Part shown: positions 10,960 to 23,586 of the stretch, piece by piece
Layout: every line of letters begins with the position of its first letter
Numbering within the stretch: the first letter of the stretch is position 1
From: Pristiophorus japonicus
Lineage: Eukaryota
Assembly: GCF_044704955.1 (NCBI RefSeq)
Contig: NC_091981.1
Location: 78,430,001-78,494,000, forward strand
DNA length: 64,000 nucleotides
Reading direction: 5' to 3'
The notes under the pieces: model-generated
Seen by the model: the letters and a program-made list of their open reading frames with translations, nothing else
What the model was told of the DNA's origin: nothing
The model's database searches: none
Made by a program: the position numbers and the translations under genes

Positions 10960-13030
10960 TTATAGCATGTTTTACATCCTGAGAACGTTCCAAAAGCACT
11001 CCACAGTCATTGTAGTATAGTCACTGTTACTATGGCCCCAAGTTTCCACATGATTTGCTCCTGATTTTTTAGGAGCAACTGGTGTAGAACGGAGTATCTT
11101 AGAAATCGGAATTCTCGTCATTTAGTTTGCTCCAGTTCTAGTCAGCTAGAACAGTTTCACTTTGGAACAGAATTTTCTTTTCAAAAGGGGGCGTGTCCGG
11201 CCACTTACGCCTGTTTTCAAAGTTTCGTCAGTGAAAACTTACTCCAAACTAACTTAGAATGGAGTAAGTGAAGATTTTTGTACGCTCGAAAAAACTGTGT
11301 CTACACTTTAGAAAATCAGGCGTAGGTTACAAATCAGGCGTAGGGAATGGTGGGGGGGTGGTTTTAAAGGGAAGTTTACAAACATTAAACACTTCAGTTT
11401 TACAAATAAAGAGCCATCATCAATAATAAATGATAAATACATCAATAAATCAACCAATAAATCAATCAAAAAAAATTAATAAGTAATAATAAATAAGCAA
11501 AAATCAATAAATAAAACATTTTCTACTTACCGACTGCAGCACCGGGAGCCCTCCAACAGCGTGCTGGGATGCCCCCCCCCCCACCACCCCCCAGTGTGTC
11601 TCTGTCAGTGTCTATCTCTCTGTCTGTCTGTGTGTGTCTCTCATTCTCTGTCTGTCAGTGTCTGTGTTTCTGTCAGCGAGGGGAGGGGGAGGAGGGGGGT
11701 AGAGGGAGAGAGGGGGGGAGCAGAGGGAGATGGGGGGGAGCAGAGGGAGATGGGGGGGGAGGGGAAAGCAGAAGGGGGAGGGAGGCTGAACGGGCCGGGC
11801 CCGAGACTTCGGGCAGGGCCCGTCCCCAGCACCAGATTTACAGGTAGGTGGCGTTGGGTTGGGTCGGGGGGGGGGTGGTGGGAGGGAGGTCGGTTCAGTT
11901 TGGGTCGGGGGGAGGGAGGGAGGGGGAGGGAGGTCAGGTCGGGGAGAGGGAGGTCAGGTCGGATCCAGTCCGGGAGCGGGAGTCGAGTCGGGTCCAATCG
12001 GGGGGGGAGGGAGACCGGGAGTCGGGGGGGGGGGGGCGGGAGTCGGGTCCGGTCCGGGGGGGCGAGGGTGGTAGTCGGGTCGGGTCCAGTCGGGGGGGGG
12101 GGGAGAGCGGGAGCGAGAGTCGGGTTGGGTCCGGGGGGGGCGGGGGAGAGCGGGAGCGAGAGTCGGTCGGGGGGGGGGGGGCGGGAGTCGGGTCCGGTCC
12201 GGAGGCGGGAAGCGGGAGTCGAGTTGGGTCGGGAGGAAGCAGGAGCTGGCCGTGGGAGGAGCCTTATTCACGCAGCCCCAGTGAGGCCATTGGGCCAGGG
12301 CTAGGGGCTGCGTGCTTGGGCCCCTCCCACACAGTTTCGGGCGCCTGGAGCTACTGAACTTGTGCGCCCACTGTAGCACAGCTCCTGCTGCGCTGCGCCG
12401 AGGGCCAGAGGACCTGCAGGGAGGTGGAGAATACGGAGGGTTTTTTTAGGCGCACTTTGTGGCGCGAAAAACGGGCGTCCAGGTCGGGACTGCACCGTTC
12501 TAGGCGCGGCTCGAAACTTGGGCCCAATGTATTGAAATATGGGAGTCAATTTGCATATAACAAAGTCCCACAAACAGCAGTGTCATAAATAACATGATGA
12601 TCTGTTTTAATGATGTTGGCTAGGATACCAGAACATTTCTGCTCTTCTTCAAATAGTTTCATGGGATCTTTTACATTTACCCAAGTGTGCAGACAAGGCC
12701 TTGGTTTAATGTCTTATCCATAAAACAGCACCGCTGACAGTGCAGCAATCCTTCAGTGCTGATCGGAGCCCCCTTGATCCAGTTATCTGACTGTTGGGGA
12801 CTGTTCCCGTGGGTTACCGGCAATGACCTGCCGCGCTGATGCCAGCTCGTCAGCTATTTCTGGGCTAAGGCGGGAGGTGGGCCAGGATCACGTTAATGAG
12901 ACCCAGGAGTTAAAATGGACCAGTTCCCATGCCGGCAAGCCCAACCTCACACTGACCTCTGGCCCAGAGTTAAAATCGGGGTTTATATGCTCAAATCTCT
13001 GGAGTCGGGCTTGAATCCACGACTGAGCCA
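10960..13030 (-). mobile_element. SacSINE1-like SINE split by a Harbinger MITE (11034-12525) and a second MITE fragment (approx. 12762-12982)
   Basis: SINE sequence is collinear across both insertions; tRNA-like B-box (gtggattcaagccc on minus) near 13010. Confidence 0.7.
11034..12525 (+). mobile_element. Non-autonomous Harbinger-type element, 'family A' copy 1
   Basis: TIRs ggccccaagtttc / gaaacttgggccc; flanks tat/aat; collinear with 18573-19818 and 24567-25845. Confidence 0.88.
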
Positions 13031-13184
13031 AACTAAACATAAGCAGCATTACTTCTCATTTTTTTTAAACCCTTGTGCTAACATCATGTGAATGATGAAA
13101 ATAGCAGTGAGTATTTTGGAATGTTTTCTAGGTTTTTTGGAATAGTTTTTGTTTATTTCACACTATTGACAAATTTGATCTCAC

Positions 13185-13308
13185 CTTTCATAAATAGGAA
13201 ACTGTGAAAATATGGCAGACTGACACAGCTGTAGACAGAATCACGTCGGTAAGCCAGCTCATCATTTGTGTCAAACCTAGAATCCACATCATCGTCACTC
13301 TCTTCGAA
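13185..13308 (-). CDS. MYO10: Myosin X coding exon (FEESDDDVDSRFDTNDELAYRRDSVYSCVSLPYFHSFLFMK), leading into PH1-N
   Basis: gtgtag| acceptor, AAAG|gtgaga donor; 124 nt, phase 0 to 1; translated by hand. Confidence 0.94.
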
Positions 13309-13371
13309 CTACACGAAGAAGAAATTGTTAATGAGAGATGATAATGGCAACAGTTATCGTTTAAAAAATAA

Positions 13372-14055
13372 GGGCTAGAAATTGCCATTCACCCCAATTG
13401 GGGGAGGTAATCTTTTGCGGCCAGTACTTCCTGTGCCTGGCCCAGAGATCACACCCCGACACGGAATGGGGCCATATGTCCCTCAAAAGGAAGCGGAGAG
13501 CTGTTTCTGGCGCGCTGCTTCCTTTGAGGGGCACTCTGCGGTAGCGCAGAGCTGAGTTGAGCTACTTCAATTAAAGGGGATGGCCGCTGTGCACTTTGCA
13601 GGCCCTTTGGTGGCTGCCACTGGGCCAGCAGGGACGCGATCGACCGGGAAAGCAGCCCATCACCCAAAACGCAAGTGCCGCCATTGTCAGGCCGACCCAA
13701 GAGTCGGCTGACAAATAAATATGGCTGCCTGGGGCGCTAAAGGCCTCCCCTTTAAGGGGCGACCCAGCGGCGGGTGTCCGCCAGCCTCCCGACCCGCAAA
13801 TCTGGTGTTGACATCCGCCCATGCCAGCCTCGCGGGCCGCGGGGCAATTTCCCTCATGCGGCGTTATGGTGGGAGATCGGCGCGCACGACGCTGATGTCA
13901 TCATTGGATGCGCTATCCGCAGGGCGTGGCGATACCGGGACAACGCCTCCCAAAACTCGAGGCAATTTCCAGGGAGGCAGTAGAGTTCCCCTCCCCTTGG
14001 ACAAAAACGCCCTGAAGGTACTAACGGGGCTATAAAATCGGGCAATTTCACCTCC
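13372..14055. mobile_element. Harbinger-type MITE
   Basis: TIRs gggctagaaattgcc / ggcaatttcacctcc; TAA TSD on both sides. Confidence 0.82.
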
Positions 14056-14319
14056 TAATTGTTTTCTTCTTTGCATATGTTTGTTATAGGCAACATTAAG
14101 AAACTGCAATTCAGAACACACTATTGCAACATAGGGAGCTCTCACCTAGAACTTGGTGGGCTCGGACGGTATTACAATTAGCTGGGATAAAAGTGTCCGG
14201 GGGCTAAATTGGACAAGGCCTCAAACGGGCGCAGGGATCACGATGCGGGATGTGCCCGCGCCCCTTGCTTTCAATGCAGGCAGCATGCCAACTGCGTGCT
14301 GTCTGCTATATTACATGAT

Positions 14320-14812
14320 TAAGAAATGATTAAGAAAGGGAAGATAGGCTAGCACGAAATATAAAAACAGATAACAAGAGTATATAAAAAGGAAAAGAGT
14401 GACTAAAGTAAATGTTGGTCCATTAGAGGACGAAACTGGGGAATTAGTAATGGGGAACATGGAGATGGCAGGAACTCTGAACTAATATTTTGTATCAGTC
14501 TTTATGGTAGAGGACACTAAAAATATGGCAACAGTGGATAGTCAAGGGGCTAAAGGGCGGAGGAACTTACCACAATCACAATCACTAAGGAGTTGGTACT
14601 CAGTCGGATAATGAGACTAAAGGCGGATTTATTAATAAATTTAAGACAGAGATAGACAGTTTCTTAACCGAGAAGGGGATAAGGGGTTATGGGGAGCGGG
14701 CAGGGAAGTGGATCTGAGTCCATGATCGGATGAGCTATGATCGTATTGAATGGCGGAGTAGGCTCGAGGTGCCGTATGGCCTACGCCTGCTACTATTTCT
14801 TATGTTCTTATT
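14320..14812 (+). mobile_element. Internally deleted CR1 fragment inside H1
   Basis: ORF2 linker segment (KRVTKVNVGPLEDETGELVMGN) joined directly to the CR1 3' UTR and tail. Confidence 0.85.
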
Positions 14813-15004
14813 TATGATTGTAGTATGCTGCAAGCATTAAGTGTACTGTTGAGTGGCTTCATGATTCAGCAGGAGGCCCAAAATTGAGAGAGGCTTGCAC
14901 CATTTAAAGCGAGCCCACACCTTTTAAAGGAGAGGTACATTGTTACTGGAGATGGTCCTGAAAGTTATTGTGGAAGACATTTTGACCTGGAAGACGACTT
15001 AATA

Positions 15005-17170
15005 ATGACACAACATGGGAGAGAGCGGGCTCCAAGATTTTCTGACGCTGCACTGGAGGCCTTTATGGAGGACATGGAGAGGAGGAGAGATGCGCTCTAG
15101 CCACAGTGGCCAGGAAGCCCTCCAGAAAAACTCTCAGAAGGCAGTGGGACCAGATAGCCATGGCAGTCAATGTCAGGAGTCAAGCCCCAAGGATGTGGAT
15201 GCAGTGCCGCAAAAAGTTCAATGACCTCAAGTGGTCAAGGTCAGTGAATTCATCTTCACATGCCATATCCCACTAACTGTACATATCCCACTAGCCTCAC
15301 ATTGCTCAATGCACCACACCATCACTCACCTACCAATAATTTCTATCAATCTGGACTCATATTCACAGCTTCACCTCACCCTCATACACTTAGCACTGCT
15401 GCAAGCCTTAAACACACATCTCACAGCTTGCACACACTGCTAGCTACTCAATCTTGACAGTCACATCACCCAAACATATTGCACCACACTTCCCTCTCTC
15501 TTGCAGAACAAGGTGGCGCATAACGAGGCAGCAGGAGCTAAGTGTTGGGGACAGGCACGGTTGCATGTCCTTACCACCATGGAGGAGACAGTGCTCGCCA
15601 TTATTGGAACAGCGATCGCTGAGGCCATGGCCAGTGGCGGGGCTGAAATGATAGAAAATGACAGTATCCTCATAGCTAATCATCCTCCTCATCCTACAAT
15701 CTCTTCTACTTTATATAAGCTGCAGATAGAGTAAGTAATTACCTCTTGATTTGCCCCGCTCTCTTCACCAGAACCCTACCCTTGTGCATTTCTCCTTTCA
15801 GATACCCAAGAACGGCAACCTGGCCAGGGAGAGGTGGAAGAGCAACAGGTGGACAAGCAGGAAGACAGTGATGAAGGAGGAACACCGTCACTCGATTTCA
15901 CACTCTCAGCCACCTGATCAGATACTGACACAGCGTGTAATTTAGAGGGTAGCTTAGAGGTAGGATCTGCACGTGGTGAGACACCAGGCAGGGCAGGGGA
16001 CAAGGGTAGCACAGGTGCCAGCTCACCGGAGGGTGAGGTCACACACAAATTCTGCTGTAGAGGACTCAGTTGAGGACTTCTTCGATGGGGCGTGCTACAG
16101 ATGAAGGCCGATGGCTATGCACAATGAAATGGTTGGTGCATTGGCAGGCCTGCCAGAAAGCCTGGGCATAATGTTCAGGAGCATGGAGGAGTTTGGCACC
16201 AACTTGGCTCAGAGCTTTGCGCAGAGTTTAGAGCCCATCCTTTCCAGCATGGAAGTAGTGGCCAACTCCATTAGCACACTTGCAGACCAAACCACGATGC
16301 AACATCTGATAGCAAATGTATCAGCTTTAATTGCAGCACAAGCAGAAGTCACCCAATATCTGGGTGCGGTACTGGAAGCTCAGATTGCTCTCATGCAAGC
16401 TCAGCTTGCTAGCGCGTATGCACAGACTGCTGCCATCATGGTTGTGGTTACCAGTGTTGAAAGGAGCTTGCAGGGAGCCACAGCAGTTCAGTAATCTCCT
16501 CCAACAGATTGCCAGGATTGCTAGTGGCTCCGTGGAGCACGAACCTGCTGCCCTCTCTCAGGATGACAGCATTCGTCCTCAAATCCTGCCACTGTGCAAG
16601 TGCCCTTGCTCTTGCCTGTCAACCAGCTAGCCCAGACAGCTGCTGCCCATGCTGAGATGGTGCAGTCCGAGGCCGGGCCTTCCAGGCCCAGAGCTGCTCG
16701 AGGTCATCCTCCAAGGCCATCTGAAATCTTCTCCACTGTAATCAGCAGCCTTCCACCAGCCATGCTGCAGCCACTGGCACAGCACTATGTACCTCAAAGC
16801 CTCCTTGATAAAGTGCAACATCCTCCAACGACACCTGGGAGTTCCTGGCCAAAGAACGCCCTAAGTGGAGGAAGAGCGTCCAGGAGGACGTTGACATCTC
16901 GAGTCTCGTCGCCGAGAGCATAGAGAAGGCAAGCGCAGGCAGCGGAAGGAGCATGCAGCAAACCAGACTCCCCACCCACCTTTTTCTTTAACAACTGTCT
17001 GTCCCACCTGTGACAGAGACTGTAATTCCCGTATTGGACTGTTCAGTCACCTGAGAACTCACTTTTAGCGTGGAAGCAAGTCTCTCTCAATTTCGAGGGA
17101 CTGCCTATGATGATGATGATGACTATGTAGGATCAGTAGGACAGGCACTAAGGGAATGCACAAGAGTGAT
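15005..17170 (+). pseudogene. Harbinger Myb/SANT-like (NAIF1/MSANTD-type) gene, 3 exons, disrupted
   Basis: MTQHGRERAPRFSDAALEAF...W..IA..VN...QCRKKFNDL; introns 15240-15506 and 15664-15801 (GT-AG), conserved in H3; stops, frameshifts and an RTE insertion. Confidence 0.8.
16792..17121 (+). mobile_element. 5'-truncated RTE-clade LINE
   Basis: LKASLIKCNI...CPTCDRDCNSRIGLFSHLRTHF* C-terminus; (atg)n tail; TSD actatgta at 16784-16791 and 17122-17129. Confidence 0.85.
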
Positions 17171-17329
17171 TAGTTGACTTTGTTATGTAATATGGCATGC
17201 TATGATTTATAAATTTGATTTGGAACGTTTATTTTGTGGTGGCTTGTATTTCAACGCTGTGATGATCAGTAACAGAGTGAAGGTAAAGGGTGAGACTGTT
17301 GGAATGTGGAATTGGGGTTGTGTTCACTA

Positions 17330-17790
17330 GTATCACAGCCGGATGAGTCAATCACTAATAGCCCAGCCAGAAAGGAGTTGTCTAGGCTGTCTTTCCCTGG
17401 TCGCTGTAGAGCTGATGGCAAGGACTGTCTGCATTATGGTGAAGTTGTACAACATGTAGCAGACCAACATGAATCTTGAAACATGTTCTGTTTAATAGTG
17501 CAGGGCTCCTCCTGAGCTGTCCAGGTAGTGGAAGCGTAGTTTCGAGTCATGAGCCAGGTTGTCAAAGGTAACACCTGTCGCCCAGTAGCCTGCTGCCAGG
17601 ATACCAGTCATTGACCTGCATGATTCTGCATACTTCAGAAACTTTGAGAGTCTAGAAATCACCAAACACTAGTCAATTGTAGCAGCAGCTAGTGTGCGAA
17701 CAGTATTGTCGCACACCAGCTGGATGTTGAGGGAGTGAAATCTCTTTCGGTTGAAGCAGAGTTTACATGCGGCGTTCGCAGAATTGGCAG
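17330..17790 (-). pseudogene. Harbinger (HARBI1-like DDE) transposase remnant of H1
   Basis: NRKRFHSLNIQLVCD and YLDSSGGALHY..VCYMLYN motifs; large deletions. Confidence 0.78.
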
Positions 17791-18036
17791 CGGCCCTCCC
17801 CATTAACGGAAGGGAAGGGACGTTAAACGGAAGGGGAGGGGAGGAAGTCCAGAGGCAACCAGGTTCTAAGGTTTTGGGCTGATGAGCAGAGATATGATAA
17901 ATTCCCATTATTTTCAAGTACTCCCAATTGAACCAATAGGGAATCCTTCAGAGCACATCATGCAGTTCAATGAAATACCTCTTGATGGCTCAGTGGTATT
18001 TTCGTTTGAGTGGAACCCTGAGTAAATCAATACTTT

Positions 18037-18567
18037 GGGGGCAAAATTGCCCCCCCCGATGAAAAAGTGGCGCACTCACCAATGTTGTAGCTTTTTCTCC
18101 ACCCCAATCCATGGGGCTGACACACAAGTGATATTCAGCTGTTTGTTTATTTATTTTTTTGCTCGGGCGGTGTTGCTGTCAGCTGCGGGGCGGAAGTACA
18201 CTTGGATTGGAGTGGCCGTCACTGAGTCATCAGCGCTGCTACGAGCTCTGCAATAAGTTTAGCGAGGCCCACTGGGCCACTAGGGATGGTTTTGGCCAGG
18301 TCAGCCGAACCTGTGGCCATCATTGTCGGGCCGACCTTGGAGTCGGCCAACAATTAAAATAAAATGGAGGTGCCAGTAGTGCGCCTTCCCCTTTCTTGCC
18401 ACCCAGGCACATACAGCTTCCTGTCAATGGCACCAACCGGCAGCCATTCCGTTCCCACGGGGCAATTCTGTGCGGGGCAATTTCCCGCGGGGTTGGGAAA
18501 GGTGTTGCCGTCGGTTGGAAGGGAAGAGGCAGTAATGGGCCTTAAAGAAGGGGGCAATTTTGGCCAC
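18037..18567. mobile_element. Harbinger-type MITE
   Basis: TIRs gggggcaaaattgcccc / ggggcaattttggccac; TTT flanks; related to 45312-45685. Confidence 0.82.
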
Positions 18568-18572
18568 TTTAT

Positions 18573-19818
18573 GGGCTCAAGTTTCGGCCTGAGTTGCTCC
18601 TATTTTTTTGGAACAACTAGTTTTGAATGGAGCATCTTAGAAATTGCAATTCTCAGCATTTAGTTTGCTCCAGTTCTAGTCAGTTAGAATAGTTTCATTT
18701 TAGAACAGATTTTTTTTCCCAAGAGGGGGCATGTCCAGAACTTACGCCTGTTTTGCAAGTTTAGGCAGCGAAAACTTACTTCAAACTAACTTAGAATGGA
18801 GTTAGATTTTTGTACGCTCAGAAAAACCTTGCCTATACTTATAAATCAGGCGTAGGGAACGAAAGATGGGGGGGTGGGGGAGGGAAGTTTACAAACATTA
18901 AACACTTCACTTTTACAAATAAAGAGCCATCATCAATAATAAATGATAAATAAATCAATCAAAAAAAAAATTTTTTTTTTAAATCAATCAATAAAAAAAA
19001 AAATTATTTCTACTCACCTACTGCAGCACCGGGAGCCCTCCAACAGCGTGCTGGGACAGGGGCCCCCGCCCAGTGTCTGTCGCTCTCTCTCTCTGTCTCT
19101 GTCAGTGTCTCTGTGTTTCTCACAACGAGGGGTGGGGAGGAGGGAGGGAGAGAGGGGGGGGAAGAGGAGGGGGGGAGGGAGAGGCTGAATGGGCCAGGCC
19201 ACCGCCACCGTCGCCGACACTTCGGGCAGGGCCCCAGCGAGATGCCGGATGGGTGGGGGGGGGGGGTAGAAAGAGAGGCTGAATGGGAGGTGGAGGGGGG
19301 AGAGAAGCTGAACAGGTCGGGCTGGGTCAGGCTGCCGGCAGCAACACTTCGGGCAGGGCCCCGATGCCGACGGGGGGGGGGGTGGCGGCAAGAAGAGGGG
19401 GGTAGCGAGAAGGGGGGTGGGGGCAGAGAAGAGGGGGGGGTAGAGAAGAGGGGGGGGAAGGCTAAACGGGAGGGAGGGGGGGAGGCAGCTGAACGGGAGG
19501 GAGGTCCGAGTCCCGATCTTCGCCCTGTGAGCCCATTCGGCCAGGGCTAGAGTCGGGCCCCTCCCACACAGCCTCGGGGGCCTGGAGTCACTGCTTATGC
19601 GTGCAAACTCTAGCGCGCATAAGCAGAGGTGCCGGCACTGTTTTCAGTGCCGGGACCTGGTTCCGCCCCCGACCCCTTGTGCTGCACCACGCCAAGCACG
19701 AAGACATCCTGAGGAGACCAGAGAATCACAAGGTAAGTTTTCTGCGCCCTTTTCCTTCCAGAAAGTTGCGCATCTTATCGAGATGCGCCATTTTTCCAGA
19801 GGGCGGAAACTTGGGCCC
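18573..19818 (+). mobile_element. Harbinger-type 'family A' copy 2
   Basis: TIRs gggctcaagtttc / gaaacttgggccc; TAT TSD on both sides. Confidence 0.88.
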
Positions 19819-20084
19819 TATCTCTCTACAATACAAGTGACCTCTACAGTACAGCACTGGATATTTGCTACATGATTTTTTATTGTCGGTGTCACACTGG
19901 CTGGTATGCATACTGTCTATATTATATGCATTAGCTGAAAAGGCAAGACTATTTGAAAATAGTCGCAAGCACACTGAACGCATCAATAATAAATATCCGA
20001 AAACTGTCGTATATAATGGAGCTGTGACTGATGCAGTCAAAATTAGGTTTCTAGTTTTATTGAGTAGGATAGTAAATTACTCAC

Positions 20085-20984
20085 TGATGATTGTGGCCCT
20101 TCTGAGCTTAATCTGTATGCTCCAGAACTATTGTAGGTTCCTACAGAATAACGATACGGACAATCTGGAGACCACTGGCTGCTGCGGGGATTTGAGAAGG
20201 CTACACTGCTGCCAGATGTGATGGCTCCATCTTCATAATCATCTTGATCATAATCAGACTCTTCATCTGGCGGAATTAGCTCAACAAGGTTCTCCTGTTC
20301 ATCATCTACCTGTTCAGGTACGCAATAGGTAGAGTCATCACTTGTTGATTTGCTTTGAATTATTGGATCTGGAGCAGTGATGGCCAGAAAGGTACTCTCA
20401 TCACTTGCAATCATAGGTACCACTGCATCATTCATATAAGGGTCGTCTTCTGAAGAGTCATCACTTGTCCGGATTCCACTAGTACGCTGATCAAAATGAC
20501 CATGCTCACTTGGGTTTGGCGAATCCTTAAACGCATCATCATCGGCATCAAAGCCTTCATCTTCCTCTTCTTCAGGGTAAGGCTGGCTAAAGTTAAAAGT
20601 AGGCTTTCCAACAGGATCGGGTACAGTTGAGGTATTCAGCTTGTATTTGCTTTCGACAGAAAGAGACCTTTCAATATTGCGTACACATTCGTCAATTTCA
20701 TCAAAGTTCAGGGACTCCAGAAACTCCTGAGCTGCTTTGCACGCTTCATCTTCCAGTCGCTTTAACTCCTCATCCCGAAGTTGCTGCAGTTGTGCAAGTG
20801 AATTCTCAGTAAGTGTTGATTCATGATGCTCCTTCTGACGTTGAAGCTCTTCAATCTCTCTCTCTAGCCGCAGAATCTCCTCCACTTGCCTATTCTCTTG
20901 CATTTCCAGCTGGGTATTTTGTACTGCTTTTCTCTGAGCCTCCAGAATGCATGCTTGCTCTTGTTGCCTCTGGGCTTCCTCAGC
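20085..20984 (-). CDS. MYO10: Myosin X 900-nt exon: SAH/coiled coil and PEST region (AEEAQRQQ...ENRQVEEILRLEREIE...AAQEFLESLNFDEIDECVRNIERSL...SSEGPQSS)
   Basis: tcacag| acceptor, TCA|gtgagt donor; 300 codons, open frame; overlaps ORF 20043..20903. Confidence 0.96.
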
Positions 20985-21138
20985 CTGTGATTACAAAGTG
21001 AAAAAATTTAGTTCTTATTACTTCACAAGCACCTAGTTAGCAGCTTTTCATTTACACTATTTTGAAAATTCAACACAACCTCAGATGTTTGGGGACAAAA
21101 AGTTAACAAAATATTCTATACACAGCAGAGTGTACTTA

Positions 21139-21803
21139 GGAGCTGATATTCCCCTGTTCTGTGCCTCCCATTAGTGCCCCTGGAAGCGCGAACCGAACAC
21201 AAAACTGTTTACACTCGGGGGGGGGGGGGGGTGGGGGCACACTGCACTAACGCCCTGGGCCGCTGGGATTCCAGCGATGACATCATTGCTGTGCACGGCG
21301 GGCACTTTCTGCCTCGCAGTGGGAATTGGCCAGCATCCCGTGAGGCCGCTGCAGGTGCCGGCGCCAGCTTCGCAGGTCACGAAAAGGCTAGTCAACCATT
21401 GCGGGGCGAACCTTAAAGAAGTGGTGCGCTGCGCCATGTGCCACCATCTTTTATTCCCCCCCCCCCCCCCCCAACCGGGCGGGGCATATGCTGCTCCTTT
21501 TGCAGGGTCCGGACTGCAATTGTGCAGCCCGGCACTCCGTCTCGGTGCCAGGCTGCGGCCAGAGCACCCCTTAGCCCTGGTGACCCAGTGGCAGTCTTCA
21601 GAGTTCGCAGCGTACCTTCCCTTTAACGGAAGGGGAGGGACGTTGAAACGTGTCAGCACTATGTGGAGAGGCCGTGTAGCACTCCGAACCCACCCCAAAA
21701 GGGTTCCTGAGAGGGGCAGTTAGCAGAATTTCGGGGCCGGAGCAGGACTTCCACACCGGGCTCAGGAAGTCCCGCCTCGCCTCAGTTACTGAATTTCGCC
21801 CCT
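21139..21803. mobile_element. Harbinger-type MITE
   Basis: Imperfect TIRs ggagctgatattc / gaatttcgcccct; TTA flanks; GC-rich body sharing cccttta-acggaagggga with 17793-17840. Confidence 0.72.
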
Positions 21804-21949
21804 TTAGTGTCTTTGAAATACACACTTTTAATTATAAAATTAAATATTGGGTTAAGTAAATTTAAAAAATCAAATAAGTGAAAGGTCAAATAAGTGAAAC
21901 AGGAAAAGTAACTCATGATCTTCCACAAAAAATTATTTTTAAGGGAAAA

Positions 21950-22625
21950 TAGCTACAGGTACAGCAAGCAATTCGAAAGGCAAATGGTATTTTAGCCTTT
22001 ATTGCAAGAGGGTTGGAATACAAGAGTAAGGAAGTCTTGCTGCAATTATGCAGTGCTTTCTGAGACCACACTTGGGAGTGCTGTGCACAGTTTTGGTCTC
22101 CTTACCTAAGGAAGATATACTTGTCTTCGAGGTGGTGCAAGGAAGGTTCACTAGATTGATTGCTGGGATGAGAGGGTTGTCCTATGAGGAGAGATTGGAC
22201 TAGAATGGGCTTATATTCTCTGGAGTTTAGAAGAATGAGAGGTGATCTCATTGAAACATATAAAATTCTTAGCAGACTTAACAGATGCTGAGTGGTTGTT
22301 TCCCCTGGCTGGAGAGTCTAGAACTAGAGGTTATAGTCTCAGGATAAGTAGTCAGCTATTTAGGACTGAGATGAGGGGAAATGTCTTCAGTCAGAGGGCT
22401 GCAAAGCTTTGGATGCTCTAACCCAGAGGGCTGTGGATGCTCAGATAATGAGTATATTCAAGACTGAGATCGCGAGATTTTTGGGCACTATGGGAATCAA
22501 GAGATACAGGGATAGGGCAGGAAGTGCAGTTGATATAGAAGTCCAGCCATGATTTTACTGAATAACTGAGCAGGCTCGAGGTGCCGTATGGCCAGCTCCA
22601 AACCCTATTTCTTATGTTCTTATGT
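21950..22625 (+). mobile_element. CR1 LINE 3' fragment
   Basis: QQAIRKANGILAFIARGLEYKSKEVLLQL; 3' UTR and ttcttatgttcttatg tail. Confidence 0.9.
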
Positions 22626-22629
22626 AGGT

Positions 22630-23000
22630 GTTGTTGAAAAGCTGGATTTTAAGGAGGGGAGAGATGAAGCAGTTTAGGGAGGGGAATTCTAGAGTGTAGT
22701 CAAAGTTATTGATTACTCTGTCAAAATGGTAAAGTATAGGAAAAAGGGGAATGTGCAAAAGCAATAGTTAGAAGAGTTGCAGGTGTGAGTGGATGAAGAA
22801 ATGAAACCCTTAAGGGATGTGAAGATGAGGAATAGAGTTTTGAAATCAATACAGCAAGGAACAAGAAACCAGTGGAGTCGACAAGAAGAATGTTGATAGG
22901 TGAGCAGGATAGGATACAGGTGGGGAGTTCTGAAAAGATCTGGAACATGTAGGGTGGAGCTCAGAAGTCTAGCAAGGATAGCATTAGAAGATCTTATGTT
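22630..23000 (-). mobile_element. Old L2 LINE fragment
   Basis: LHWFLVPCCIDFKTL resembles L2 LHWLPVxxRIxFK. Confidence 0.6.
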
Positions 23001-23586
23001 AACAAAGCCATTGATAAGATGGTGCTTCATATGGTGCACAAAATATGAAGGACTATAGTATACAAATTATAATGGACAGATTGAGGTCAGTAGCCATAAC
23101 TGAAAATGGATGTACATTTTCTATACATGACTGTTTAATGCTACTTTACAGTACATTTGTGTTATAGATTGGAAATGAAAAATGAAAAATATAGTCAATG
23201 ATATTATATTCAAAATTGAAATTTCGAAGAGGATATGGGCCATTGTGAGATCCAATGGCATTCACCAAAACTCAAGTAAGCAGAAACCCAATTTTAATTG
23301 TATGCATCTTTAAACAGAACATATAAATAGGTGTTATTCATATTGTTGTTTAGAAGCTAGGGAAATAAACATTGTTGCCAGGAAAAAATTTATTCAAATA
23401 GAAGCAAACATGAGAAAAACCAGAGAGCTAAATCTGGGAAATTTGGGTTTGTATTAATAACAAGAACTGTAATTTATAAACCAAAAACTCCTTGCAATTA
23501 GAGTTGCAAATCTTTGACTATCCAACAAAAGCTTTGTTTACAGGAATTCATGAGGCCCTACTATTACTATGGGAAAATGTTGTAGG

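Larger units (their letters stand above)
14200..17910. mobile_element. Decayed Harbinger transposon H1: spliced Myb/SANT gene (+) and convergent transposase remnant (-)
   Basis: Left end ggggctaaattggacaagg resembles 49365; both gene remnants recognisable; right end not resolved. Confidence 0.8.

Noticed and set aside
11561-12379. GR-rich ORFs in family A elements (also 19113-19550 and 25118-25629)
   Set aside because: Frames are not conserved between copies and arise from G-rich simple repeats
16111-16494. 127-aa helical ORF as an independent host gene
   Set aside because: Lies in exon 3 of the Harbinger Myb gene; a homologous disrupted segment is present in H3
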